A stretch of 64,000 nt of DNA from Podarcis gaigeae (lineage: Eukaryota). The stretch's first letter is position 1. Each line of letters starts with the position of its first letter. The notes under the pieces are model-generated. The model saw only the letters and a list, made by a program, of their open reading frames with translations, did no database searches and was not told the origin of the DNA. The DNA is taken from the NCBI GenBank assembly GCA_964106915.2, contig OZ066927.1; one strand, given 5' to 3'. Of the stretch, positions 36,188 through 50,038 are shown one piece after another. Both the position numbers and the translations under genes were made by a program.

Positions 36188-37094
36188 GGAGAGAGCAGTT
36201 TAACTTTTTTTAAAAAATAATAATTGTAGAGTTGGAAGAGATCTCAAGGGCCATCCAGCCCATCTCCTCTTGCAATGCAGGAGGATTTCTTCCCTATGTC
36301 CCTGCAGCCACAGTTTCTGATATCTCAGCACAACCAGCAATGAAGGAGGATTAGATTTGCTCTCCAGGGCTGCCTTGAAGCCAGGGCCAGTAGCAGTCTG
36401 GTAGAAATCTTTGCACCTTGGCCTGAAATTGCCTACAGTTTTCATCTCCTGCTAGGATTCCTGGCAGGGCAGGAAGCTGGGGGCTGGCTGTGCCACTGCT
36501 CTCTGCACACACCGGACTGAGACTCCTTCCTCATGTGGCACCTGTGGTTCCTGCATTCTATAAAACCCCTCCTGACCACACACAGGCACAATGGCTCTCT
36601 ATGGAACCCAAACACCAGCTTCCTTGCCTGGGTCCTTTTAAGACAAACACAGTTCTCAAGAGCCAACGCAGACAGCTTGTCCTTTGCTGTCTAAACCTGC
36701 CCTAAATAACACCTGACTTTGGCATTCATGAGGCAAATTGGGTAGAGAGAAGCAAATCCCTCTCCAATTGTTCCTGGAACAAGGGGCTGCAGAATAAACA
36801 GGCCGTTCTGTGTTCATATGCAAAGCCCTGTCCAAAGATGCAGTTTTCATCTCCCCCTCCCTTTCCACTGGCCAATTCCCTTTCAAAGCCTGACAAACGC
36901 CAATGAGGCTCATTGCAGAAGCTCATTAGCAGAAAGATCTCTGCCCTTTCCCCATCCTGGATACACACACTGTGGCTGACACTGTTCATAACATCGCAGC
37001 AAAAGCTTTCAGGAGCAAGAAAATGTCACCATCTTTGCATGTTTGTGTGCGTGCACATATAAATTTCTACCTGCGTGATTCTAAAGTACGTTGT

Positions 37095-37780
37095 GTATGC
37101 GATTCTAGGCTGCATCAACAGGAGTCGACTGTCTAGATCAAGGGGTGTAATAGTCCTGCTCTAGTCTGTCTTGGGTAGACTCCACTAGAGGACTGTGCCC
37201 AGTCCAGTTCCGGGCATTGCAGTTTTAGGATATTGACAAGCTGGAAGGTGTGCAGAGAAGGGAGACCAAGATGACGAAGGGTCTGAAAACCAAGCCTGAT
37301 GAGGAACAGTTGATGCTGTTTGGGATGTTTAACTTGGAGAAGAGAAGACTGAGAGGTGGCAGGATAGCCACTTTCAAATACAGTGGTACCTCAGGTTACA
37401 TACGCTTCAGGTTACAGACTCCGCTAACCCAGAAATATTACCTTGGGTTAAGAACTTTGCTTCAGGATGAGAACAGAAATCATGCTGCAGCGGTGCGGCA
37501 GCAGTGGAAGGCCCCATTAGCTAAAGTGGTGCTTCAGGTTAAGAACAGTTTCAGGTTAAGAACGGACCTCCGGAACGAATTAAGTACTTAACCTGAGGTA
37601 CCACTGTATCTGAAAAGCTTTCACAGGGAAGGTAGAGCAAGCTTGTTTTCTGCTGATCTAGGGGAAAGGACCCAAACCAGTGGATTCAAATAACAAGAAA
37701 GGGGATTCTGACGAAACATTTTTGGGGGATTTTGATGGTTGAGAACTGTTCCACAGTGGAACGGATTCTCTGGGAAGACA
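37095..37780 (+). mobile_element. CR1 LINE fragment, interrupted by a mariner-type MITE
   Basis: QRRETKMTKGLKTKPDEEQL..GMFNLEKRRLRG; continues after 37608. Confidence 0.85.
37381..37606. mobile_element. Tc1/mariner (pogo/Tigger-like) MITE
   Basis: Perfect 18-bp TIR CAGTGGTACCTCAGGTTA; TA TSD on both sides. Confidence 0.93.
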
Positions 37781-40404
37781 GCCTTTGGTCATCTCCCCGC
37801 ATTCCCCACCTGACAGTTGCTTGGTTGGCTTATCAATTGGCCATTACTGAAAGAAAGAGAGGAAAAACCCAGCAGATGTTTTAATCAGTCCTGTCTCTTA
37901 CCAACTGGTAGCCTTCAGTCCCGGACTGATGGGAAAGGAAATAAAACTGACAGGAAGTTTTATCGCTATGCCAATCTCCAAACCCGCCTCCCTCCTCTTC
38001 CCAGACACAATGGGCAAAGTAATGACTCTTGGGTATAGCCGACTTCAACGCTAACAGCTGCTGTGAGGGGGAAAAGGTCATTCTACCCCACTCCCCACAC
38101 CAAAGCATCACAGCTTAACCTCCTTTAATGGACAGGAGCAGTGCTGACATCAATATTTGGGGGGCTGACTTGTGCAAGGCACCCTCCAGGTGGATCCATA
38201 GCCCGGAGGAGAGGAGCGGGTGTGCAGGCAAAATGATCTCAGGTTGCCCCCTCTGACTTTCTTGGCCACTCTGCATACAAAGTCACCTGTCACTTGGGGG
38301 CAGCCATTCTGGCAGACTGCCTCAGTGCAGGAGAGATGGGGAGCAAAGCCCATTGCATCACCTTTGCTAAATGAGGAACCTCCTGTCCCTGAACTCTTGT
38401 CCCAGCTGGCCATGACAGGAGCAACTGCTTAGAAATCAGTGCCTGAGTTTAGAGTTGGATTTTCTCCTTCCCACCCAGTCCTTCTCCTCTTGTGTATCAT
38501 TTGTTGTTGTTGTTGTTTCTGTTTCAGCTTGCTCCACACTCCATGTGACAGCCCTTCTGATATTTGAAGATGGCTCTCATATCCCCTCTCAGACTTAGAA
38601 TCAGAGCTGGAAGGGACCACAAGGGTCATCTATTCAGGAGCCTTTTTGCCCAATGTGGGGCTCTAACCTGGGTCTTCTCTTATCCAGGCTAAACGGTCTC
38701 GGCTCCCTCTGCCATTCCTCAAAAGGCTTGGTTTCCAGACCCTTGATCCTCTTGGTCTCTCTCCTATGCCCACCTTCCAGCTTGTTGGGTTATGGATATG
38801 CTGGTGCTGGTGCTGACAGGAAGGAGGTTAAAGACCATTTTGAGCAGATCCAGCACCTTCTCTGCCTTGGCTTTTAAGAAAGAGGGTCATATCAGACAAG
38901 AGTCAGAACACCGCTGATGTTTAAGTGTGAGGGTTAGAGGAATTAATGCCTCAGAGGTGGGGAAGGAGGCTGAAGTAACAGGAACATGGAGACACACTTT
39001 CAGAGCAAAGTCAACTCCCAGGTGACCTGGAAAAGTACCTTCCTCACCCTCCCACCATCCGTGGCCCATTAAACCTGGAGCAGCTGAGCAACTTTTCCTC
39101 CAATCTAACACACAGCACTTTGGCCAAATGGCAAGGCAAGCAAAGAGGACATCAGAGATGGAAAGTGGCAAATTGATGAGGTAGCCTCAGCCCCCAGAAG
39201 TGCTCCCTGGGCCCCAGAGAATAATCCCAGTTGTTAGCCTGGAGCCCTCTCCTCCACGCATCCCAAATGGTACACTCATTTCATGATGATGCACGCAATG
39301 CAAATGATCAATCCTGAGGTTAAATTGACATTCAGGGCCCTGTGCAGCCCGAGATTAATTTTTTCAAGAGGGAGAATCAGATTCTGCTTGCAAAAATTGC
39401 CTTTACACTGTGTGCGGATGTCTCCAAAGCCAGAGGAGAGCTCAGCACTTTTCTGGCAGTGAAAAGGCAAGGTCAGGTTCCCCCTTTGTATCTCTGATTG
39501 CTAGCAGAAGGAGAATAAATTATGCCAAACGTGTGCCCCATTTGGCCTGACTTAGATGGGCTGCAGAACTACAGCCATCCTTTGCGCAGGGAGGAAGTTT
39601 GGGCAGAAGACCCATAGCCCTGATTTAAGTCAATGGGCTCAGCCCAAGTAAACTTGGTTCTCAAATCAGAAAGCCTTAAAGATGTTGAGAAGGCAGCAAT
39701 TTCTGTCCTGTCCTGGGTTCATTGCAGTCAGTACTGTTTCTGTTCAGCTACAGTTCAGCTTTGAATCAAACCTATTGCAACTCTCTCACTCTCCACTACA
39801 GATGAAACTAATGCAATTACTTAGGGTATTAGCTTCAGTGCATTTCAGTGGAAGGCAAATGTCGAAAACAATGCAGAAAATAATGTAATCGTTTATGTAA
39901 CATATGCGGACTACAGAAACAATAGAATCATAGAACTATAGAGTTGGAAAGGACCCCAAGGGTCATCTAGCCCAACCCGCTGCAATGGAGGAGTCACAGC
40001 TAATACTGGAAATATCGCTGGCTTTCCCTTCCATGGTTTCTGTTCTCAGAGGATCATGCACACTGCAGCAATTTCAGTAGCCTGAAAAGGAAACTGCAGG
40101 CAAATTAGGATAACCTCTCTACAACCCAGAATCTTCCTGACCCTGTGAATTAGATGATGGCAGACATCCGAAGCCAAGTTGCTACCTTGTATGAAGAACA
40201 CAAGCAAAGCCCTTCTGGATCAGGCCCATCTAGTCCAGCATCCTGTTCTCACAGTGACCAACCAGATGCTTCAGTAGGAAGTCCTCAAACATGACTTAAG
40301 TGCAAGAGCAGCACTCTCCCCTTCTGTGCTTCCCAGCAACTGGTATTATTACTCAGAGGTAAACCGCCTCTTTGTGCATCCAACACACCCAGAGCAGCTC
40401 TTAC

Positions 40405-40512
40405 CCCTTTGCAGATGGCCACTGCTTCCTTGGACATAGATTTTGGATAGGCTACATTGTGCTCCATGATGGACTGGAAGAGTTCGTCTTCATCTTCACC
40501 TTCAAATGGTGC
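40405..40512 (-). CDS. PRKCB: PKC-beta kinase exon (approx. exon 15), [36 protein letters not shown]
   Basis: Acceptor ctgtag|GCA, donor GGG|gtaaga; 108 bp. Confidence 0.97.
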
Positions 40513-41260
40513 CTACAGCATTGGGGAACAGAAGGAGGAAAAGTTTTAGGGCTACTGGTGCGCTGCAATCCATTTCTGTATCACAGAGATAGGCAGCTGT
40601 CTGCAGGCCATAGAACTGATTTTGCCAACCTGATGCCTTCCAAATGTTTTGGATGGCAGCTCCCATCAGCCCCAGCCAGTGATGGGAGTTGTAGTTCAAA
40701 ACATCTGGAGCTCACCAAATTGGTGAAAGAAGGGCGGGTGATATAACGGGCAAAGTAAAATGTAGCAAGCAGACCAGGTGGCATGTACATGCTTCCCCCT
40801 TCTTTTTTGCCCAGACTTTCTCCAACTGATGCACCCTGATCCTCCTTAACCTTTCCTTTTCATTTCTCCTTCATCTCTTTCCCCCTTTTCCCTTTCAGAA
40901 TTCAAGTCTACAGATGGCTGCATAGTTTGCAAAGCTCCTAATGACAGTCCTAAGTGCTTACCCAGCGATGCTGCTGGGATTCTACCCAGAAGCCAGGCAA
41001 CCAGCACACAACTCCCATTTATCGTGATGCTGTGTACGGCTTCGATCCCATCCAGACTTGGAGACAGGCTGGGGGTTTGGCTGGGACAAGACACTGATCA
41101 CCAGTCCTCAATCCACAGCTTGAAAGGCTGTTAGTCTTTGCTTCACACACTCCCCCTTCCACAAGCTCGACCAAACAGGCCATTCCAGAATCTGGGTTGT
41201 GCTCAATCCCTTGGACCTCACTGAAAACCCCACAACCTCTGCCCCCCCAAAAAAACCCTA

Positions 41261-41394
<134 letters not shown>

Positions 41395-41441
<47 letters not shown>

Positions 41442-41446
41442 CACAC
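41395..41446. repeat. (CA)n microsatellite, interrupted once
   Basis: Direct reading; about 40 nt upstream of the 41356 acceptor. Confidence 0.97.
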
Positions 41447-43409
41447 GGTTTTTGGCCCACTGTCTGTCACAAGGCAAAAATTATTCTAACTGTTGCAGCG
41501 ACAACAAGCAGATTTCCTGCTGACTTCCCAGGGATTGCAAACAAACACTAGGATTAGACACTTATCAAGAAAGACCTGAGCCATTCCTGAACCTCCAGCC
41601 TCCTTTCTTGTGAAAGACCAATGGGCAATTCACATCCACCGCCACTGCAGCCACACAGTCCACCGTGCTGCCTCTGCCATCAGCATCAGTGCCGATTTCC
41701 AGCAACATCCCATGAAATCTCATGAGATCCATCACGCTCCATAAGATCTTGTGAGATTTCGGCGAACTCTCGCTAGAAATCGGTGCTGATTCTGGTGCTG
41801 CTTCTCTGCCGGTGGTGGAGCTGGAATGGGTGCGTCACCCATGGGGGCACCACCTCGGGGACTTCCACTGCCTGAAGCCACTGCTTCAGCCTGCTTCATG
41901 GCCAGCCCTGTCATTTGCCCACCTGCCCACAAAACTGCGTGCTTCCAGACTGCTGCTGCTTTTTGGTGTAATTCAACCACATACTAGCAAATCCAGGTTT
42001 TGCAAGTATTGTTGTTTGGGAGGTCTTGTGCAAAAACCCCACTTTCCCCAAAGAGTGGACTTTTTCCAATGAGAAAAGTGACAGTGAAATGCATTGGAAA
42101 GTGTGGTATGAGTACACTGGCTTTGATGCAAAATCGTCTAACCTCCCTGCAAGCAAATCAGAACTAATGCCCAATAAGCAGGTCATTTTGGATCATGCAA
42201 TATGGCAGGCGTTTCTATTTTCTGTTTAATTTCATCTCTCTCTTTTCTGTTGCAATGTATCTGTGGCATGGTGCTGCCTGTCACATAAATTGCAATATGG
42301 GTGTTCATGTAGGAAATGTTAATGCATCACAATATGATTTTGAAAGGATGAAGGTAGGAGCTGGAGGTGGGCGAATGTGAAAATCCACTGTTTTAACTCA
42401 TTTGCCCAGAGTGGACAAATGGTTGAGTTTGGGGAGGTCGCTTCAAGTGCCCACAGAGGATCCCCATTTCTTTGCCATTGTGCAAGGAAGTTCCCATTGG
42501 GAGAAATATTGCCTCTTTTCGAGAGAGAACTAGAGTACTCCATGCAGCTGTCAAACTCTTGTGCCCAGATCAGAGCTTTTGGGCCACGATGAATGGTCTG
42601 GGAGAAGCTTCTCTTGGTGATGAAGACGATTGAGGCTGTGTATATTTTTCAGCAATTACCGTGCGATTTGCATTTATGTTTGAATATATGAATCTTTTCG
42701 GAATAGAAATCTGTAATTAGGATGAATAAATGACGGAACGGTTTTGCATTAAGTAACAGATGGCAGTGCCTCAGGCTTGTCAAACCCCATACGCTTAAAC
42801 GAGGCAAACAAATGGGGAGGGGGGGAGGCAGAGTCCTTCAAAATGCAGGCTCTTCCTCCTCCTTTTGCTTGCTTTGGGGCATTCTGTGTTGGCCCTTAAT
42901 AGGTTTTCCTGGCAAAACTTTGTCTGATTTCTTGCTGCTTATTTGCGATTTCTTCTCCACTTACATAACTCTCTTTTTCTGCCCTGCAGTTCCTTGGGCG
43001 ATTTGTAGCAGAGACTCGGGTCAACTGCTTTGGACATCTCAAACCTTTATTTTCCATTATTTATTCATCACATTTACCTCCCATCTCCTTCAAGGAGCTC
43101 AAGGTGGTGTACGTGGTCCTCTGCCTCCCCTCACAACAACCCAGCGAGGTAGGTCAGGCTGAGCGATACTGGCTGTCCCAAGGTAACGGCTGAGTGGGGA
43201 GTTGAACCCTGCAGGTGTTGGCAGGGGGAGGCCTCAATGAAGCTCAGGAGCAGGGCTGGGAGAAGACAATGGTTTCTATTCCGTCCTCTGTTTGTTGCAT
43301 GCGGCTTTGTTTCTGTTCTGCTGCAGTCCGGCTTCTGATAAAAACAACCTTATTCATCTCCCTTCAGCATTCCCTCCATCAATACTGAGCTGGACAGGTG
43401 TATTGGCAA

Positions 43410-44082
43410 GGCAACTATGGCAATGGCTCACCAGGCCTGTGTGCTGAGCACACGGTTTTATGGAAATGAGTCGTGGGCAGCTTACAACTGTCAGGAGGGA
43501 CACCCCAATGCCTTCCACATGCACTGCATCAGGAGGATTTTGGGTAACACAGAGCAGCACAGAAGTCCAAACAAAGATGTACTCTTCCAAGCCTACATTA
43601 CAAGCATGTTCACACTCCTGTCTCAGGAACATCTTGGTCATGTCTACAGAATGGAAGATCCCCAAGGATATACTTTATGGGGAACTGGCTTCAAGCACTA
43701 GGCCCATTGGCAGACCAACTCTGCACCACAAGGATGTCTGCAAATATGACATGAAGGCTGGCCACATCAACCCTGCCATGTGAGGATCCCTTGCAGACAA
43801 CCACAGTCCCTGGAGAGACAAGTTGTGTATCCATAGCAGTGACCAGAGGAGAAACGGCTGTTGGGAGGAGCTCAGAGAGAAGAAAGCCATGGTGCATCTG
43901 CAGCCACAAAACTGGGCATCTTCATCTGCCCTAGCTGCAACAAAACATGTCTCTCCCACATGTCTCTATGGCCACAGCAGGCTCTGCAACCTGACCTCAC
44001 CCCCAAAGGTGCAATCTTTACCTCACCCCCAAAGGTGCACTCCTCCATTGCCTCCCAAGACAGACGGATGCCAACCAACCAA
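43410..44082 (+). mobile_element. RTE-clade LINE 3' fragment (non-BovB)
   Basis: Frameshifted YGNESW..AFHMHCIRRILG, LGHVYRMED, IPKDILYGELAS..RPIGRP, terminal C-x2-C zinc finger and (ACCA)n tail. Confidence 0.82.
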
Positions 44083-44434
44083 TGGGGCAATTCTACGTAA
44101 TTCTGTAATTAATTGCATCCCCCAACACCATTCATTTCAGTGCAAAGGAAACACAATGTAAATAGGTTGGGGAATAACTAATTATGTGTCATTCACGGAC
44201 TGTAAACAACAGCAGCAAATACTGATTGTATTCGCCAGATTGATTTCCATTCTGAACATGGGATGAATAAGCGAACATCAGCAATCTCTGCTCCTGTTCC
44301 CATTGGGATTCTCCAGCTTCTCTACTCAGAAGGCAGCAGAGTTGTTTGACATTGGACTCTGATCTCAGAGGGCACCATACAACCTCTGGACTGGCCAGCT
44401 GCAAATCCAAGAAGTTTTTCTGTTGGAGTAGCAG

Positions 44435-44581
44435 CATGGGCGTAGCCAGGATTTTTGTTGGGGGGTGCGTGCCTTTTCTTAGGAGGGGCAGCCTTTTTTA
44501 GGGTGGAGCAGAACCCAAGTTTGCTATGTATTTTATTGATTTGGGGGGCAGTTGCCCCCCGCCCCCCGGGCTATGCCCATG
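44435..44581. mobile_element. MITE with CATGGGCGTAGCC TIRs
   Basis: TIR pair; related copy at 48475-48628. Confidence 0.75.
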
Positions 44582-45588
44582 ACCGGCAGAACAGCAGTGT
44601 GGTCCCCATACATTCATGCCTCCTGTTCCAGCTGTTTTAATGAAGCAGCTGTACTAAGTTGGACCTTCATAGAATCCACCCAGCTTAGATTGAACTGAGG
44701 GAACTCCATTGTCCAGGCCACACGGAGAGGTCAAGCAAGGATGGAGGGGGAGAGGTGTGAAGCATCATCACCTCTGCATTTCTTCGCTTGGAAGAGTTCC
44801 TGCCTCTTTTCTAGCCTTGGGGGGGAAACCAGGTGCAGATCTTCCCACCCCAGAGAAAAATGCATTAGAAGCACTTGTAGGAAATGGAGGACTGTTTGTA
44901 CACCAGTGGGGTGTGAAACTTTAATCCCTCCAAACAGCCCAGATAAAAGTTTATGGAGCTTGCTGCACTCCTAGCTGTCATTAGCACTCAATATAGTCAT
45001 TTTGGCACCAAGGAGAAATCCCCAGAATCAATGAGATCAAGGGAAGGGGAAGCATGAGATGCACTCATGCTCGGAAGTGCAAAACCTGTTCATTTGCTGC
45101 AAAGTGTTATTCCTGGCCGCCTTCATCTCGGGAGCACATCTGTGATGTTGGAGGAACAATGGGCCACTCTTTTGTGTGGATCAGAACAATTATTCTCCAC
45201 TGAAATGAATGAAGAGAACTGAAGGATGTGCAGTTTTGAAAACCTTTGATGGGGAGTTATAATTGCCTCTGTCTCTAGTCCCCACACCTCCAGTCTACGG
45301 CAGGGTTTGGAGTAGTTGCCTACTTGCCCACCACCACAAACCCTCTCGTCCCAAACACATTTATAGTGTTGGTCCAATGTTGGCAGAGATCCCCTCATTT
45401 GACAACCTTTCAGATCCCCAGGGTTATCAGCAACCATGTTCTCCTCAAGAGCAGACCCCTTGAAATGGATGGCTCCAAGTTACTCCTCTGCATTGATTTC
45501 AGTGGGCCTCCTCTGAATAGGACTAACATGAGATCAATGAGTCGCAGAATTGTATAGTTGGAAGGAAGGAAGAAAGGATCCTCTAGCC

Positions 45589-45726
45589 CAGCGGTTCTCA
45601 ACCTGTGGGTCCCCAGATGTTGTTGGACTACAACTCCCATAATCCCTGAGCTCTGGCCTTGCTAGCTAGGGGTGATGGGAGTTGTAGTTCAACAACATCT
45701 GGGGACCCACAGGTTGAGAAAGGCTG
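45589..45726. mobile_element. hAT-type hairpin MITE, 138 bp
   Basis: TIR CAGC..TTCTCAACCTGTGGGTCCCCAGATGTTGTT; perfect 8-bp TSD ctctagcc. Confidence 0.95.
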
Positions 45727-46461
45727 CTCTAGCCCAACCCCCTGCAAGGCAGGAATCACAACTAAGTGTCCTTTTGAACCTGATGTTTGTCTGCAAAGGT
45801 TTGGGAGATCTGAGTCCGCGCCCATCAAGGGCGTTCTGCTTGAGCCTCACAGCATTGGACTGGAGAGAGCATAAGTATGGCATTATTCCAGAAGCTAGGC
45901 CAAAGTTTGCAATTTAGTTAGTTCCTTTAAATATTCCTAGGTCCCTTTTGCACATTGCTCCAGGTGGCTTACATACCAATTTCGCATCTACTTTCACAAA
46001 CACTGCAGTCTGTGGTTTTGTTCTCTGTTCGTTCCAAAGTAAAAACAATGAATTAAAAGCCAAGAAAACAAGCACTTTGGAGATGATGCCCAGTTGCCGA
46101 CCAAGGGTGGGGGAGAGAGAATGATGGTTTGTTCTACTCTGAAAGCGCATTAATCATGTGCAGAGATCCAGCCACATGCTGGCCAGGCTCCCATATTAAT
46201 CTTGGCAGAACAAGGGGAAAATAACGCACATTAGCCTAGTAATTAAACGTCTCCCTGGGAAGGATGAACACACAAAGTGGTTTAGCATTCACAGGCACTC
46301 CTCAGAGAGACAGGAAGAGAGGAGCGATGTCCTGATATGCTACCAGCCACGGATATCAATATAACATGCCGCAGCACTCCATATCTTTAGAGCCATGGCT
46401 CCCAAATCTTTTTGAGCCCTGCCACTTTTGTTCCATAAATTCATCAGTGGTGGACTTTGGG

Positions 46462-46610
46462 CTCTCATGTAGAAGGTCCCAGGTTCAAACAGCTCCAGGT
46501 ATGGCAGGGAAAGTCCCTGGTCTGAAACCATGAAGAGCTGCTTCCAGTCCATGTAGACAATATTGAGCAAGCTGGACTCATGGTCTGACTGGGTATGAGA
46601 CAGCTTCCTA
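46462..46610 (+). mobile_element. Squam2-like SINE, 5'-truncated
   Basis: catgtagaaggtcccaggttcaa ... cagcttccta. Confidence 0.7.
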
Positions 46611-46818
46611 AAACAGAGACCCAATGATGAATAGGAGAGATCCGGTACAGAGCAGCATCAGGCAGCTTCCTTTGTCTTCCCATCACAGAACTGTAGAATT
46701 GGAAGCAACCCAAAGGGCCATCTGGTCCAAATGCCTGCAGTGCAGGAATCACAGCTATCTTCCATAGCTCAGGGGATGGGGCACCTGCTCTGCATGTAGA
46801 AGGTCCCAGGTTCAATCT

Positions 46819-47458
46819 TGCCAGGGACTGGCTAGATGAGGAAGAGGGCTGGGAGCTGCCTGCCAAGAGCCCCCCAGAGAGGGCACAGGAGAAGAAGACT
46901 TAGATCCCAGATCCTGGTGGTGGGATAGCGGCCACACCTCAGAGGAGGGGACAAGCTGGGAGGTACTAGAAGCAGGAAGCATGAGGGATCACAGGGAGAC
47001 AGAAGCAGGCAGGTGACTCAACACAGAGCAGGATGATGAGGTTTCCAGTTTGGAGGCAGGCTCCAACAGAGATGGCTGAGGGGAGCTAGACCCTGCATCT
47101 TTCCCATAGCACCAATAGAACAGCCTCTCAGCTGAAGGCTCTCTGGCCCCATTGACTCCCAGAACGCAAAGGATGTTACATGTTGCTGAGCAACGGGCCA
47201 GACAGGCACAGAGAGAGGCTCCTGGGGTTTGCTGTAGCAGAAGATTACAAGAGAGGAGCCCTGACTCAGAGGGGTAGAGAGAGAAGGAGAGGCTGCACAC
47301 CAATTCGAGCAACTTCTTCATGGGGAGGGGGTTTGTTACCCTTATGAGCCTTCTTGTATTTTCCTCCTTTCCTTAATAAAGAAACTGAACTGCATGTTAG
47401 CCTCTCATTTCCCTCTCTGACCTGTGAATGACCTGATCATCCTGTCAGCCCTTTGACA
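46819..47458 (+). mobile_element. Solo LTR, 640 bp
   Basis: TG...CA termini, perfect 5-bp TSD AATCT (46814-46818 / 47459-47463), AATAAA at 47375-47380; removing it restores a Squam2-like SINE. Confidence 0.88.
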
Positions 47459-47554
47459 AATCTCTAGCATCTTCAGGTGGGGCTGGGAAAGATTCCCTGC
47501 CTGAATTGCTGGAGAGCTGCCAGCCCGTGTAGCCAATATACTGCAGGCCAGAGT

Positions 47555-47715
47555 CAGGCCAACAGTCCATCCAGATCAGTGCTGTCTACACTGACTGGCA
47601 GTGGCTCTCTAGGGTTTCTGGTGGGAGTCTTTTCCCAGCACTACCTGGAGACACCTGGGATTGAACCTGTGACCTTCTGCATGCAAAGCATGTGCGCTGC
47701 CCCTGAGCCACAGCC
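47555..47715 (-). mobile_element. Squam2-like SINE, tail-to-tail with the LTR-split copy
   Basis: Similarity to the other copies in the window. Confidence 0.75.
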
Positions 47716-48133
47716 TCAGTTACACAGAGCAATTTGTGATTCTGCAGCCAAAATTTTGGCGCTTCTAACTCATTTAAAAATGAACTTTGTTGTTCATCAA
47801 GCACACATGCTTTGATAAGGAGACCATGGGCTGTAACTTCTAACAATTTAAGCATCCACTAAATTGTTGCAGAGGATCAATTGTCTTTATTCCCTTGGTA
47901 ACGGCTTGTTAAGGTGCTAAAAATAAAGCAAGCCTGCTCCTTTCCTTCAGAGCACTTATGGAAATTTAACTGATGCATTGATTAAGATTTCTTCAAGCCC
48001 AAGCCTTTAAAACAAACAGCATTTGCCTAAACGATATATTAAAAAACTGAAAGTTACGGAATCGTATTATTAATACTAAGGGTGATAGCCAACACATGTC
48101 ATACTCAAGAGTAGACCCACTGAGATTGTAGTA

Positions 48134-48770
48134 GAAAAATTAGGGGTTGGCTTCTGCAGCCCAACTCTCCTAGGGACTCTGAGTCCCCTAAGTCCATGAT
48201 CGGTCAGAGAAGAATGGACCGAGGCAGGAACCAGTAGAAGGAAAGCAAGGAAGATATTTATTTTCATGTTGCAACAGAGACCCCTGTATCCTCAGCAAAG
48301 AGGACCCCGAAAAATAGTGTGTAGCACCTTTTAAAGACTTTAGAAATTGCCCAACCTCTTAGCCAAAGACCACCCAAAAGCATCACACGCACATCACAGA
48401 AAGAGGCAGTCTACAACAGAAATTTGAGAGTGTGATCTGTCTCCTGTTTGTCAAGATACCTGATAATGTGTGCCCATGAGCATAGCCAGGATTCTTGTGG
48501 GGAGGGGCAGGACTTTTGTTTGGGGGGGACAGAACTGACGTGATTGATCAGTTAAGTATTTCTATTATTTTACTTGATCTGGGGTGGGGGGCAGCTGCCC
48601 CCCGGCCCCTCTCCGGGCTATGCCCATGCAATCACCCCACCAAGGCCCCACCTTGATCATTCTTTTTGAAATTGTAAATACCCCAAGTTCTGAAACCATC
48701 GTCACAGACCTCCCCTATTCATACACAAAATGTGCTCTTTCGGTCAGATTTGAAGGGTAAGTGAAAAGAA
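48134..48770 (-). mobile_element. Possible LTR remnant carrying a nested MITE
   Basis: Minus-strand AATAAA near 48257 in LTR-like context; no TSD identified. Confidence 0.3.
48475..48628. mobile_element. MITE, same family as 44435
   Basis: CATGAGCATAGCC / GGCTATGCCCATG termini. Confidence 0.75.
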
Positions 48771-48773
48771 CTA

Positions 48774-49009
48774 CAGTGGTACCTCGGGTCACATACGCTT
48801 CAGGTTACATATGCTTCAGGTTACAGACTCTGCTAACCCAGAAATAGTACCTTGGGTTAAGAACTTTGCTTCAGGATGAGAACAGAAATTGTGCTCTGGC
48901 GGCGCAGCGGGAGGCCCCATTAGCTAAAGTGGTGCTTCAGGTTAAGAACAGTTTCAGGTTAAGAACGGACCTCTGAAATGAATTAAGTACATAACCAGAG
49001 GTACCGCTG
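48774..49009. mobile_element. Tc1/mariner MITE, same family as 37381
   Basis: TIR CAGTGGTACCTC, TA TSD; internal 16-bp duplication acataYgcttcaggtt. Confidence 0.92.
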
Positions 49010-49159
49010 TATTGGGAAAGGTTTCTCCAAGATGGCTTTTGGGATTGTTCTGTGCACTAGGTGTATTTTTCTCAGGGAATATTTCCTAAGTTTTGAAAGG
49101 TGGAGGATTGGCTTTCTGTGGAGTGTGTGTCTGCTATGTGTGTGCACCCTTAAAATTCA

Positions 49160-49411
<252 letters not shown>

Positions 49412-49715
49412 CTAATGGAAGGTAGAGAGGGCTGGCAGGTAGTTTAAGGGGGGAACAGAGCAGAGAAGACGACCCCCAGCAATGAGAGTACCAACCCCCT
49501 CGAGCTGAGCAAGCTTTTTATTTTATTATTATTGTTGTTTATTTATTTTCTAACAACAGCAAAAGTGCAAGCATGGCAAAAGGAAACGAAGACTCCAAAA
49601 CCTAAACCATAAAACGCCACAACCTGGAAGGAGAAATGTGCAAAGATACAGCGCGGTTCCAAAAGGATAATAAAGTATTAACTCATACAAAGATTCCCTT
49701 TACAAATAATAAAAT

Positions 49716-50038
49716 CAGGGGTCAGCAAACTTTTTCAGCAGGGGGTCGGTCCACTGTCCCTCAGACCTTGTGGGGGGCCAGACTAAATTTTTTTGGGGGG
49801 GAATTGAATGAATTCCTATGCCCCACAAATAACCCAGAGATGCATTTTAAATAAAAGCACACATTCTATTCATGTAAAAACACCAGGCAGGCCCCACAAA
49901 TAACCCAGAGATGCATTTTAAATAAAAGGGTACATTCTACTCATGTAAAAACATGCTGATTCCAGGACCATCCGCGGGCCGGATTTAGAAGACGATTGGG
50001 CCAGATCCTGCCCCCAGGCCTTAGTTTGCCTACCCATG
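49716..50038. mobile_element. hAT (Charlie-like) non-autonomous element with an internal tandem duplication of about 62 bp
   Basis: TIRs CAGGGGTCAGCAAACT / AGTTTGCCTACCCATG; TSD aataaaat / aataaaag; repeat at 49820-49881 and 49891-49952. Confidence 0.85.
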
